This document shows, piece after piece, positions 30,340-44,919 of a stretch of 64,000 nt of DNA. A program made the position numbers and the translations under genes. The notes under the pieces are model-generated. The model did no database searches. It worked only from the letters and a program-made list of their open reading frames with translations, and was not told the origin of the DNA. This DNA is from Octopus vulgaris (lineage: Eukaryota). The stretch lies in contig OX597832.1 of the NCBI GenBank assembly GCA_951406725.2, forward strand, positions 61,380,001-61,444,000, given 5' to 3'. The stretch's first letter is position 1; the number at the start of each line of letters is the position of its first letter.

Positions 30340-32330
30340 GGGAAAAAAGAAGAAAAAACGCTGAAAAAAGGAAAAAAATAATAATGCCCTGAAGCAGTAC
30401 CAGGCAGTGGCTCTCAAGGCTTTTGATCTTAGTTTATCGGAAGTGTTATCATGTACATGTTTTGTCTTGGTGCAAAAGATGGACTACATCAAATATTCTG
30501 CTCAATATTTGCTTAGATTTACTTGTCAGATTTGCCTAACCAGTTGAGCATGTCCCTTAGTGGTTGACGATATGTGCATCTCTGGTCACGAGCAGAAGTA
30601 GTGGAGGAGCATTATAGCCACGTGTTGAGAGGGGGGAAGGGACCAGTCGATTGCATCGACCCAGTGCGTTATTGTTCTTTAGTTTATCGACCCCGAAAGA
30701 AGGAAAAGGAAAGTCGACCTCGGTGGAATTTGAACTCAGAACGTAAATGCCGCTAAGCATTTTTTCCGGCGTGCTAACGATTCTGCCAGCCCGCCAATAA
30801 TAATAATAATTATTATCTGGTTTCAAGGAAATATGTATTTGGTTTCGGTTTCAAGAGAATGTTATTTTGTAATGGCAAATTTATACCATTTTTTCTTTAT
30901 AGAATTATCTTGACTACGTTTCAATGGAATTCGGAAAATTTCCTCTTAAACGTAGTTAGATGTAAGCCACACCAATATATAAATCAACGTGGTCTGCAAT
31001 TTTTGATAAATATGTATACGTGTATACGAGTTCATGTTACTACTGGGTCGCTATGACACTGTTATCGCTACATACACACATACATACATACATACATTCA
31101 TACATACATACATACATACATACATACATACATACATACATACTTACATACATACAAACATACATACATAAATATGCATACAGACACATACATACATGCA
31201 AACGTACATACATACATGCATACATAGACATCCATATATACACGCATACATGCATACATACATAAATACATACATACACACATATACATACATACATTTA
31301 TACATGTGTAGTAATATACATTCACATATATATGTAAACTTCCTCATATGCGCATACATACATACACACACACACATACATACACACATACATATGTGCA
31401 AACGTACATACATACATACATACATACACACAGACATACATACCTATATCTATACATACATACATACATTTATACATGTGTAGTAATATACATTCACATA
31501 TATGTAAACACCCTCATACACATAATACATGTAAGGGAATTAAAAATGGATCGCCATCCGATCAAAATACTTCTTCTGTTCTCGGCATATAAAACTATAG
31601 CAGGCTATCAAAAAAAGACTTCTGGTTGGCATTGTATTCCACGTATTCCAGGGTCGAAGGTCATGTCGAATCCATCATCGGTCAAATTTGTAAATCCATG
31701 GTTAAGATGGTATGTTTTTATAGAATGGTGCATAAAATAGAAAGAAATAATGATTGATATATATATGTGGCCATGTGTGTATCGCTGAAGATTTTTTCCC
31801 TCCGTCTTCCCTTCCTTAGATCTTTCCTTTTTCTATGTTTCTGACGAAGAGCTCCGCTCGAAACGTTAAATCCTCCTTCTTTCTATCTTTTCCTGAGCGT
31901 CCAATAACACTATAGTTGTTTCACGTCCTCGCGTTGTTGTGTTTTGTCTTTGTGTTTTCATGTTTGGATTAACTATATATATATAAATTTATTATAAGCT
32001 TACAGCTGTTTCGGATATGTATATGGATTAGGTTCGTCGTTTAAATTGATGTGTTTACGTAATGAGGCTGATAACATTGCGGTAGCAGTTTCCCATATTT
32101 TCAATCGATCAATCGATCGAATGATAAGATTAAACTGTGACCACACCTAAACGCATATATGAAACAGCTGTAAGCATATAGTAACAAATTAATGTATATA
32201 ACCCATTATTTCTGACTGCTTTATATACATACATACATTCATTCATGCGTACATACATACATACATACATACATACATACATACATACATACATACATAC
32301 ATACATACACACACACATACATACATACAT

Positions 32331-32402
<72 letters not shown>

Positions 32403-32519
32403 GTATATATAGATGTGTGTATATATATATACGTACATATTTATATATAAATATGTATATATGTATATGTACACACTTATGTATATATAGATTTTCACGT
32501 GTGTTTGTATATATTTTAC

Positions 32520-32930
32520 TCTTTTAGTCTTTTACACGTTTTAATCATTTGACTGCGGCCCTGCTGGAGCACCGCGTTTAGGCGAAGAGATCGATCCCAG
32601 GTGTTTTTTTTTGTGAGTCTAGTACTTATTTTAACGATCTCTTATGCCGAACCGCTAAGCTTCGGGGAAACAATCACACCAACATCGACTGTCATGAGAT
32701 GGTGGGGGTAGGGGGTAAATACAAGCACAAAGACGCACACACATAAATATATATACATATATATATATACACGACGGGCTTCTTTCAGTTTCCGTCTACC
32801 AAATCCATTCAGAAGACTTTGGTCGGCCGAGAACATAGTAAAAGACACTCTCCCAAGGTGCCACGCAGTGCGGCTGAACTTGGAACCATGTGGTTAGGAA
32901 GTAAGCTGCTTACCACACGGCCACGTCTGC
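32520..32930 (-). mobile_element. Full-length tRNA-derived SINE with internal microsatellite
   Basis: Head as at 25682; tail gcggtgctccagcagggccgcagtcaaatgattaaaac, which is seen as fragments at about 11320-11360, 18235-18280, 20018-20045 and 28525-28570. Confidence 0.75.
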
Positions 32931-33666
32931 CCCTATACATATATTGGTATATAAATATTCTATAATTATATACATAATTATAACAAGGGATTGGCTATAA
33001 GCCTCTCCAAGTGCTGAAAAATATACGTCAAAAGACACTATTACCGCCTTAAAATCTCCGAGAATAACACACTGATACTTGATAATATGAGTTGAGTAGC
33101 TTAATGTTTAGTAGAGGTTCAAATTGCACAACTCGTTACATGATCTTCATAAAATTACTTAAGCAACTGAACGAGAGGATTAAATCTGTCATTGTCCATC
33201 AAAGTATGTGTACAGCTGTGTTGTTAAGAATTTTGTTCTGTACCTACGTGTGTTTTAGTTTTGTACAGTGAGGTGGCATCTTAGCTACTTTCTATTACTG
33301 TATTACTGTTTGAGGACCGTCTTACATACAGCTGTATGTTTGTGTATTTATTATAATGTAATGTAATGCAATATAATATCACGTGATCACGTGATCGACC
33401 CAGTTATGAAATGTTACATATGGCTGGTCTCAATGCACTTTTGCATTGTTTTAGTCTATAAATGACAACGCCCCGTTGGCTAGGAGTGCAGACCAACAAT
33501 CCCGTCCCCCCACCGCCTGATCGAAGTAGGGCTGTAGCAATATGAAATGAAGTGTTTTGCTCAAGAACACAACGCGCCGCCCTGTCAGGGGATCGAACCC
33601 ACGATTTAGTGATCGTGTCTACAACACACACGCACACACACACACGCATGCACACACATATGTGTC

Positions 33667-33726
<60 letters not shown>

Positions 33727-33921
33727 GAAACATGCGATAAGAGGAATAACTCAAAGTGACCAGCGTTAGGCATTTGAATAACTGAGACTATTACAAATAT
33801 GTCAAATAACATGCAAGATACATTCTAAATATATTTAAACTAGCTCCGCCTTCAGCTTTAATTATGAAATATCAATTAGGGCCAGCTATTATATATTCGT
33901 ATTTATGTGCTTTCTGAGTAT

Positions 33922-33980
33922 ATTCCACTGATGATGGCAGAGCATTTCTTATGCAGAGTCAGAAGTCCGGGATCTGGAAT
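33922..33980 (+). ncRNA. Type I hammerhead ribozyme-like motif with one core mutation
   Basis: Stem I attcca/tggaat; CTGATGA; stem II tggc...gcat-ttctt-atgc...gtca; GAAG in place of GAAA; tccggga; TC. Confidence 0.55.
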
Positions 33981-34218
33981 TATACAGCAATTCTTTTACT
34001 AGTTTATTTTGTCTTTTTGTCTTCTCTCCTGGTGCTGTATGAACATTTAATGTGGTTTTAGAGTCAAGTAGTGACTGATATTTCCAGCGTGGTGGTATCA
34101 CTTAGATACCCTAAATTACAATTTTAAATAATCATTACCTTTGAAGGTTTTTATTCCCATGCTGGCCACCTGATAAAATCGGTATTTAAATATCGATCTT
34201 TCCTTATTTACATAAATT

Positions 34219-34338
<120 letters not shown>

Positions 34339-34340
34339 CA

Positions 34341-34650
34341 CAATTAAAAATACGCATAAAATTCACAACTTCACCAGCGAGTGAAAAATACGTAGCTACA
34401 CGAGAAATAAGTACAGGACAATTGAAAAAACCTCACAAAAATACACATTAAGTACAAGATGTTACTAACGACTCGAAAATATGTAAACACGCAGAGATAA
34501 GTACTGCCATTTTTTCACTCGTTGGTAATATCTTGTCCTTCATGTGTATTTTTTCTAATTTTTTTTGTATTTGTCCTGTACTTATCACTCGTCTGTTTAC
34601 GTATTTTTCATTCGCTGGTGATCTCCTGTACTTGAAGTGTATTTTTAATT
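34341..34650. mobile_element. Diverged fold-back element (MITE-like)
   Basis: About 34341-34468 is the imperfect reverse complement of about 34519-34650 (caccagcgagtgaaaaatacgta / tacgtatttttcattcgctggtg). Confidence 0.7.
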
Positions 34651-34690
34651 GTTTATAATTGAGCGCCACGCAGCCTTTGTCAACAGTATG

Positions 34691-34788
<98 letters not shown>

Positions 34789-35069
34789 AGTGTACATATA
34801 TGTGTATGTAATTTATTTTTTAGAGATACATTTTCTATCTATATAGATGACACACTGAAGCGTTCAAGAATTTTGAGCCATAGGCGAAATAGGAAAAATA
34901 ATGATGAGAAAGTTACCAATACACATATAATGAAATATATTTCGTTATAAAAATATTATGTTGCTCCTGTCTTTTCATTTTTCTTCTTCTTCTTCTTCTT
35001 CTTCTTCTTCTTCTTCTTCTTCTTCTTCTTCTTCTTCTTCTTCTTCTTCTTTTTCTTTTTCTTCTTCTT

Positions 35070-35100
<31 letters not shown>

Positions 35101-35111
35101 TTATTATTATT

Positions 35112-35215
<104 letters not shown>

Positions 35216-35309
35216 GTAGTTTTATTTTTATAGCGTGCTTTCACTTCACTACCGAGCGCAGCTCTGTGTGATTTAGGTGTGTGCTGTGATTTGTTGTGAT
35301 GCTCTGATG

Positions 35310-35386
<77 letters not shown>

Positions 35387-35388
<2 letters not shown>

Positions 35389-35638
35389 CTATATACTCAA
35401 CAGATTAGTCTGTTGGAAAAGAAAAGGAACCTAACATCGGGCTACAAGTAGCCTTAGATGCCAAGAACCCTTCTAAGTATTCTAGCTGTCCCTAATAACA
35501 CTGTTTTCTGCCGCTGTACTAAACTGGTTTTATGCCTATTTCCTCTATCCATCAGTTCAAACCTTTAGGGATAGTTCTAAATGCACCTATAACTACTGGG
35601 ATACATTTTACCCACACTTTCCATAGTCCCTATACTTC
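35387..35638 (-). mobile_element. R4/Dong-like LINE 3' fragment (family B) in (TAA)n
   Basis: Minus frames: GLWKVWVKCIPVVIGAFRTIPKGL and QRQKTVLLGTARILRRVLGI*; TTA/TAA arrays on both sides. Confidence 0.8.
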
Positions 35639-35645
35639 AATAATG

Positions 35646-35721
<76 letters not shown>

Positions 35722-35753
35722 TGATGATGATGATGATGATAATAATAATAATG

Positions 35754-35797
<44 letters not shown>

Positions 35798-35880
35798 TAT
35801 TATTATTATTATCATTATTATTATTGTTATTATTATCATCATCATCATCATAATTATCATCATCTTCATCGTTTTTGCTG

Positions 35881-35911
<31 letters not shown>

Positions 35912-35940
35912 TATTATCATTATTATTATTATTATTATTA

Positions 35941-36856
35941 TTCTATGTTTGACTTTTGCTTTATATTTGTACAAGTTGGCTCCAAGTCTCACCCAGAGAC
36001 CTCAAGAGACAACAGGGTTGGAAGTTCATGTTGTTGTTATGCCTAGTGTGCCATATATTTGGGGGGTGGGGATGTTGTACTAATGAATGTCTAAAAATAA
36101 AAAAAAAGGGTTTTTTTTTTTTTTTTTTAAACCGAAAATTATGTTTGTTTTAAACCTTGAGATTACATAGAGAGTATTTTGCGTAGGATATGAGCAGTTC
36201 CCATGAGCACTATCTTTTGAACTTCTGCCATTTTTGGGTTTCCTGGTATCTGAGTTAGGTAGCTATCAGCCCCTTTTGCTATCATTCCCAGGGCACCTAT
36301 GACAACAGGTATTGTTTTAGTCTTCAGCTTCCACATTTTGCTGATTTCTATTTCAAGATCTTTATATTTGCTCAGTTTTTGGTAGGTCTTGACAGATACG
36401 TTTATATCGATTGGGACAGTCATATCAATGAGGAGGCATGTTCTTTGTTTGAAGTTTTTCAATATGATGTCTGGCCTATTTGCATCTATCTTCCTGTCAG
36501 TTTGAATGGTGAAGTTCCAGAGGAGTGAGATGTGGTCATTTTCAAGCACTGGGGGTGGTTTGTGTTCCCACCAGTTTTTTTCATGGGGCAAATCCAGGTT
36601 TTTACAGATTACCCAGTGAATATATTGTGCAGCTCTATCGTGCCTGTTGAGATACTCTGTAGGCGCTAGAAGACTGCACTTGGAGACCACATGGTCAATG
36701 GTTTCATTGACTGCACTTGGAGACCACATGGTCAATGGTTTCATTGACTGCACTTGGAGACCACATGGTCAATGGTTTCATTAACTGCACTTGGAGACCA
36801 CATGGTCAATGGTTTCATTGACTGCACTTGGAGACCACATGGTCAATGGTTTCATT
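35941..36856 (-). mobile_element. R4/Dong-like LINE 3' fragment (family A) with intact endonuclease frame, in (TAA)n
   Basis: ORF 36163..36753: ETIDHVVSKC...YLNRHD...LLWNFTIQTDRKIDANRPDIIL...LIDMTVP...KLSKYKDL...IPVVIGALG...LMGTAHILRKIL, i.e. the CCHC end plus a PD-(D/E)xK endonuclease. Confidence 0.92.
36672..36856. repeat. 5 x 37-bp tandem repeat at the LINE 5' truncation point
   Basis: Unit gactgcacttggagaccacatggtcaatggtttcatt, with one substitution in copy 4. Confidence 0.95.
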
Positions 36857-36881
36857 TTATTATTATTATTATTATTATTAT

Positions 36882-37022
36882 TCCTATATACTCAACAGAT
36901 TAGTCTGTTGGAAAAGAAAAGGAACCTAACATCGGGCTACAAGTAGCCTTAGATGCCAAGAACCCTTCTAAGTATTCTAGCTGTCCCTAATAACACTGTT
37001 TTCTGCCGCTGTACTAAACTGG

Positions 37023-37028
<6 letters not shown>
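36882..37028 (-). mobile_element. Duplicate of the family B 3' end
   Basis: Appears identical by eye to 35387-35533; flanked by (TTA)n. Confidence 0.9.
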
Positions 37029-37082
<54 letters not shown>

Positions 37083-37254
37083 CATTAAGAAAGCGACAAG
37101 TCGACAGAATTGTTCTAGTCGAACAAGATGCTTAGCTTCATTACTTCCGGTTTCTTACGCTCCGAATTTGTATCCCTTTCCTGTGGCTCAAGAAAACAAA
37201 AGAAGCGATCAACCACTAGAATCGTCGGTTGGACATAACATTGAAACCGTTTTT

Positions 37255-37660
37255 CTTATCGATTGCAAGTTTTGGCACAAGGCCACAGTTTCGGTGTGTG
37301 AAGGGGTTGGGGTTAAGTCGATTGCATCGATGCCCAGTGTTTGTTTCGAACCTATTTTTATGGATCCTGAAATGATGAAAGGCAGAGTCGACCTCGGCGG
37401 AATTTGAACTTACAACGTAAAGACGGACGCAATACATATTTCTTTACTACCCACAAGGGGCTAAACACATAGGGGACAAACAAGGACAGAAAAACGGATT
37501 AAGTCGATAACATCGATCCCAGTGCGTAACTGGTACTTATTTAATCGACCCCGAAAAGATGAAAGGCAAAGTCGACTTCGGCGGAATTTGAATTCAGAAC
37601 GTAGCGGCAGACGAAATACCGCTAAGCATTTCGCCCGGCGTGCTAACGATTCTGCCAGAT
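37255..37660 (-). mobile_element. Composite SINE (young copy followed by an older core and tail)
   Basis: Same architecture as 19604-20005. Confidence 0.85.
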
Positions 37661-37666
37661 CATGTT

Positions 37667-37912
37667 GGCGCGCTGGCAGAATTGTCAGCACACCGGGTGA
37701 AATGCTTAGCGGTATTTCGTCTGCCGTTACGTTGTGAGTTCAAATTCCGCCGAGGTCGACTTTGCCTTTCATCCTTTCGGGGTCGATAAATATAGTACCA
37801 GTTACACACTGGGGTCGATGTAATCGATTTAATACCTATGTCTGTCCTTGTTTGTCCCCTCTGTGTTTAGCCCCTTGTGGGTAATAAAGAAATAGGTATT
37901 TTGTCCGTCTTT
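37667..37912 (+). mobile_element. Young SINE, head-to-head with the previous copy
   Basis: Reverse complement of 37420-37659 with few mismatches. Confidence 0.88.
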
Positions 37913-38343
37913 TGCTATGCATCTTTCAGGTGCGATACATTAAGTACCAGTCAAGTACTGGGGTCGATGTGATCGACTATCCCCCTTCTCCACAAATTCC
38001 AGACCTCGTTGCCTATAACAGACAGGATTATTAACGTTACTAACATCGTCGCATCTAGGAAGTTTTGATCATCGCATAAGCATTTGTGAAATTCTGAACA
38101 CTGCCGCTTTTTAAATTCTCGCCCATGCCTTATTTTAATTGCGGTTAGACCACACGGAGTGATAAAAACAGACAATATTTCTGTTGCCATAGAAAGAAGA
38201 TACTATCAGCAAGAGGCGTCAACTGCCTCCATTTATCATTTCCTCCATGTTGGAAAACATGATCATCTTACGCGTGGCTGTAGTTATAATATTTATCATT
38301 AGTAGGTGTGCAATTGTAGTAACTCTTAAAATACCGGTTGCGA

Positions 38344-38396
<53 letters not shown>

Positions 38397-39022
38397 ATGA
38401 TGATGATAATAATAATAATAATAACAATAATAATGGTAATAATTTATAATAATGATAATGGTTGTAGTAATATTAGAATGTAGTCACATTAGTTTCTTCG
38501 TTTCCTATTTTTCATTTTTTTCTATCGTTATTTATTTATTTATTTTTATTATTTTTATTATTTTTTAAAAATATTCATCAAATAAAAATAGAACGAATTT
38601 ATTCACGGAAGAAGCAAATATTTTTCCTGGCAGGAATGCCACTGCAGATAAATAGAAATAATTGGAATCTAATTGCATTACTATCTGGAAATTTCACTGT
38701 ATGGCATAAAGGAATGTCTTGAAGCAAAGGAAATTTTACTGCTTTTGAGACAGACAGTGCAGGAAAAATATGACGTAACACAAATTACGTAAGCAGCATC
38801 CATTTCTTTTGGCTTGGTGCTAATGTAAATTGTCTCATATAGCATATTATTTTGGCTTGACAGATAAATGAACGTGCTATAATATAGTGTCTATGAAAGT
38901 ATTAGATAACAATCGGTAGAGCGGTCCAAAAAATGCCTTGCCTTCTTTACTTGCGTTTCGTTGTGTTTTCAGTTCGAATGTTCTCCAGATTGATGTTGCC
39001 GTTGCTTTCCCTCCTTCCCGAT

Positions 39023-40291
<1,269 letters not shown>

Positions 40292-40321
40292 TATGCCTAT
40301 CTATTTACCTATCTATCTCTA

Positions 40322-40366
<45 letters not shown>

Positions 40367-40369
40367 CTC

Positions 40370-40524
40370 AGTCTGTCTGTGTGTCCGTCTGTCTGTGTGT
40401 CCGTCTGTCTGTGTGTCCGTCTGTCTGTGTGTCCGTCTGTCTGTGTGTCCGTCTGTCTGTGTGTCCGTCTGTCTGTGTGTCCGTCTGTCTGTGTGTCCGT
40501 CTGTCTGTGTGTCCGTCTGTCTGT
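40370..40524. repeat. 16-bp minisatellite (gtctgtctgtgtgtcc) x about 9
   Basis: Direct reading. Confidence 0.92.
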
Positions 40525-41149
40525 TTATCGTTATATATATATGTGTGTATGAGTGTGTGTGTATGTGTATGTGTTTGTATATGTATGTGCGTGTGTATGT
40601 GTGCGTATGTATGTGTGTGAGCGCGTGTATGCATGTGCGTGTGCGTATGTATGTGGACCTGTGCGTGTATGTGTGCGTGCGTATGTGCGTGTGTGTGTAT
40701 ACTATATATATGATGCCTACCGCATCTTGTCAGATGACAGCCGTCTCAAGACGATAGTGAGACATCCGTACATCACTGGATTTGAGTGACAAAACTACGT
40801 ACAACACCTGTTCCTCTGCCTCTGTTACCATTGCAGATTCTAGAGACATTCATTGCAAGATGACAGGTAAGTTTTCTACCAGACTGTCTTTCTCCGAGAA
40901 GAGCTGCATTCCTCCTCGGCTGTGTCAAAAATAATGGGCGGCTGCTGAATGTCTAGGAAACCTATTTGACCCAGAGAGAGGGTGCTGACAGGCGCCACCG
41001 AACCCTTCCAGAATGGACTTGGGAGCAATGGTGATTAGAGGGGTGGCTCCACATACCACACAACTCTCGAACAGGAGCCCTGCCACCGGATGCATTTTAA
41101 TGTCATACACACAACACGTATATTATGTGTTTGTATATATATGATTGTT

Positions 41150-42877
41150 TACTTTACCTCCAAAATGTTTCCAACCAAAAGGTACAAAAAGTTAAGAATA
41201 GTTTAGTTAATTTTTTCAGTAGAATGGGCTTAAAAATCGTTTTTGATGACGATCTGACGAAGGCCAACTTTTTAGATATTACGCTTAATTTACACAGTGA
41301 CTCTTACTTCCCATATCATAAACCGTTGACCAATCTTAAGTACATTAGCAAATTTAGTAATCATCCTGGAGCAATTACTAAGAATTTAGTTAAGAATATT
41401 TCATTTAGATTATCTAAATTATCTGCTAATGTTGATATTTTCAATAATAACGCTGAATTCTATAACTATGCCTTCATCAAAGCAGGTTATACAGAAAAAA
41501 ATTTCTACATTGATTCTGCTCAGTCTAATTGTAAATTCAATAATGTAGATAAGATTTCTAGTCGTAAAAGAATTATTGATAACAAACATAACTTACGTAC
41601 CGATACAAAGCGAATGAAGGCAGATAACCCTTATTTATTCCCCTATTACCGATCTAAAAGTAAATATAACACCTTTAAAAGTAATTACGCTATGAATACT
41701 AGTAAAATATTTGGTTAATAATTCCTTACGGGAGACAAATTAAATCTAATCTCCCACTGCTGTTTCGTCAAGCTATTGCTAGGAATTTTCCAAACAACTC
41801 TAGATATTACTCTATAATTAATTCACATAAGGTTAGGATAGGTTTTTCAAACACAAAAAATCTCTTGCAAATTATATCTTCTCATAATAACAAACTGTTA
41901 AATATTAATACATTTACTAATACTAACATTAATTTAGCTAATACCATCCAACCCTCTAGAAATATTAATAACAAGGTTATTGCATCTGAAGTCAATTCCA
42001 ATAGAATTAAATTTATGTCAAGTAACTCTAAGATTAAAAATTCTATATACCAGTGTATATCAGTACTCGTAATAAAGTACGATTTTACATTGGAAGCACA
42101 TCGTTAGAGTTATCTAAAAGAATTTCTATCCATTACTCAACATTTAGGGATAGAAATAAACGGAATAGTACCGGTCTCAGCAAACTGATTTGGGATTTAA
42201 AAGACCACAATGAACAATTTCATTTAGAATGGTTGATCCTCTCAATTTCGATACCATATGACAAAGGCAAGAAATTCTGTCTTCTCTGCAATTCTGAGCT
42301 ATTTTTCATTATTTTTTCTAAAAATACTCTAGTAAACACGGTTATAGAACGAGCATACAGATGTAAGCATTGGCAGAAATATACTTTTAGTGCATATAAG
42401 TAGTTTCTATCATTATATATAGTTTAAACTTTAATTTCCTTTATATTTAACATTCACTATTAATATCCCTACTCTTTCTGTTAGCTACTTATGACGTTAT
42501 ATCATATAACGTTTGTTTAAACAATATTAATAGCGTTCTGTCTATCGCTATACGAATCCATCATTTTTTGCTAAAATGTCGTATTGACGAGTTTCGTTTT
42601 TTCACTTTCCCGAAGAGAAGATTGCATTGTTTATACCTTTTATTCTTTTGAATAAGTATCAGTGGAATTTTCGAAACATATGTAGAAAGTAAAAATACTT
42701 GTTTAAACCTGCGTTAATTCCATTTTTTATTCATATTATTCAAATATTCAACGTAAACACGAAGTTTCAACCTTTATAAACAAGGAGTTACAACATCTTT
42801 ACTTGTGAGATTTTTGCTGCCCTGGTAACTATTTATTTATTTTTCCGTGTTAATTGTTAACAAGGTAAAATACACTC

Positions 42878-42885
<8 letters not shown>
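41150..42885 (+). mobile_element. 5'-truncated Penelope-like element (RT C-terminus, GIY-YIG endonuclease, 3' pLTR)
   Basis: ANFLDITLNL...PYHKP...YISKFSNHP; IYQC...FYIGST...RISIHYSTFR...STGLSKLIWDLKD...CLLCNSE...RCKH; frameshifted; ends in (TA)n. Confidence 0.92.
42604..42690 (+). ncRNA. Hammerhead-like motif in the Penelope 3' repeat
   Basis: Stem I actttc/gaaagt; core CCGAAGA; stem II base gaaga/ttttc with a long loop; GAAA; palindromic ACATATGT stem III; GUA site. Confidence 0.6.
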
Positions 42886-42931
<46 letters not shown>

Positions 42932-43020
42932 AAATATTGTAATACTAAATTAATATATTATGATGTACATTATAATATAGGCGGTTATAGCAATTAAAAC
43001 CAAAAGGCAAAATTTCATAA

Positions 43021-43694
43021 ATGAGGGTGCAGATTAGCACCTGCAATTGCTAGAAATAAGAGCTAAATATATAATTCGAATAGCCACACAAAATGGCCAA
43101 CTTCATGAGATATTCAGGGACTGCGAGCGGCACACCACATCTTTCTTCGGCGAGATAAAGTCATAGAATGAAGTAGTTTGATAAAACCTTTTCACGTGAT
43201 TTCGTAATTTGACCAACATGGTCTTATTTCTCGTCACGTGTTTCCATAATCTACACCGAGTTAAAGAAATAGCTTGCTTCCCATTTGCTCATGAGAGAAA
43301 AAAAAAACCGTTGAACAGCGGAGCGCTAAAATTCAAAACGGCTAAAGTGTATATAAAAATACAATGAAATAAAAAAGAAAATTAATATATTATGATGTAT
43401 TAACTACATTATGATATACGTGATTGTAGCAATTAAAACCAAAAAAGGCAAATTTTCTGCGGTTGCTAGAAATAAGAGGTAAAAGCTACAATACTGAGGA
43501 GAAACAAGACCGAGTTGGTTAAGTTTCGAAATCACGTGATAGGGTTTTATCAAACTATTTCATTCTTTGAGTTTATCTCGCCGAAGAAAGATGTTCTGGC
43601 TTGCCGCTCCCTGAATATTTCATGAGGTTGGTGATTTTTGTGTGGCTATCGGAGTTATATTTTTAGCTCTTATTTCTAGAAATTGCACCCTCAT
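43021..43694. mobile_element. Mariner-type MITE with long (about 200 bp) diverged inverted repeats
   Basis: 43021-43232 versus the reverse complement of 43499-43694; termini ATGAGGGTGCA / TGCACCCTCATA. Confidence 0.75.
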
Positions 43695-44389
43695 ACACAC
43701 ACACACACACTCACCCACACACACACATGCATACATACATACATGAATACATACATACATACATACATACATACATACATACATACATGAATACATAAAT
43801 ACATACACATATGTGTGTGTATGCGCGTGTATTTATTTATATATGTATGTATTATGTGTGTATGTGTGTTGGATGTGTGCGTACGTGTGCGTGCGTGTCT
43901 ACATACAACTCGAACTGCTGACCTCTCCACAACTTACGAGGCTCGCTATGAACGTAGGTGACGTTCTTTTCTCTAGGTTGTAGGAGGAAGCTCACTGCTA
44001 TTCCCACGTGACTGTTAAAAAAAAGTAGGAAGGCCAAGCCCTTTCCAATGTATCATACATACTCTAGAGATCCAGTAACCTGTATGTTTGCCAGAAGTGC
44101 ACTTTCTTTCCGCATATTTACCCAAAAAATTAGTTTTAAGAAAAAAATATTAGCTCCAATGAATTTTTGAGATAACAGGTGCAATTAATTGTGATTTATA
44201 TATTTTGGAATCCTGAAGGAATTGCTAGATTCCATCGCAGTTGCGAGTCCACAGAGTCTATGAGTCTAGTGTTTCTTTAACGTTTGGAATTTTAATGAAT
44301 ACTATATAATAATCCCCGATTATTTACACCCACACGCACATATATAGATGGATAAATAGATAGATAGACACATACATAGTTATATATGC

Positions 44390-44464
<75 letters not shown>

Positions 44465-44919
44465 GATAGATAGATAGATATATGCATACATGTATAGAGA
44501 GATAAATTGATAGATAGATAGATAGATAGATACATACATACATACATAAATACATACATACAAACATATATATACGTGTACATACATATATTATGTATAT
44601 GTATGTATATCTGTATGGATATATGTGTATGCGTATATAGACGCATGGTATATGTATGTGCGTATACACACACATACACACACACATATATATACACCAT
44701 TAAGAAGAAGAGGTTTCTCTTATTTCTAATAACCCAATAGCACGCATATTTCGAATTAATAATAGTTTTAAACAAAATATCATATTTATCGCTACATTTA
44801 ATACGGGAGGAACTGTGTAAAAAATACCTTTATATCTTCAACGGTAATCTCAGTCTACATTGATAAATTTCGAAATTTAAATATTAGAAGATTCTCAAGT
44901 TTACATTAAGTGGCCATAG

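Noticed and set aside
36672-36856. 37-bp repeats as a CRISPR array
   Set aside because: There are no spacers, the unit is LINE coding sequence, and the context is eukaryotic.
38205-38290. Plus-strand RGVNCLHLS ankyrin-like peptide
   Set aside because: It is very short, closed by a stop, and on the opposite strand to the other islands. It shows that such matches can arise by chance.
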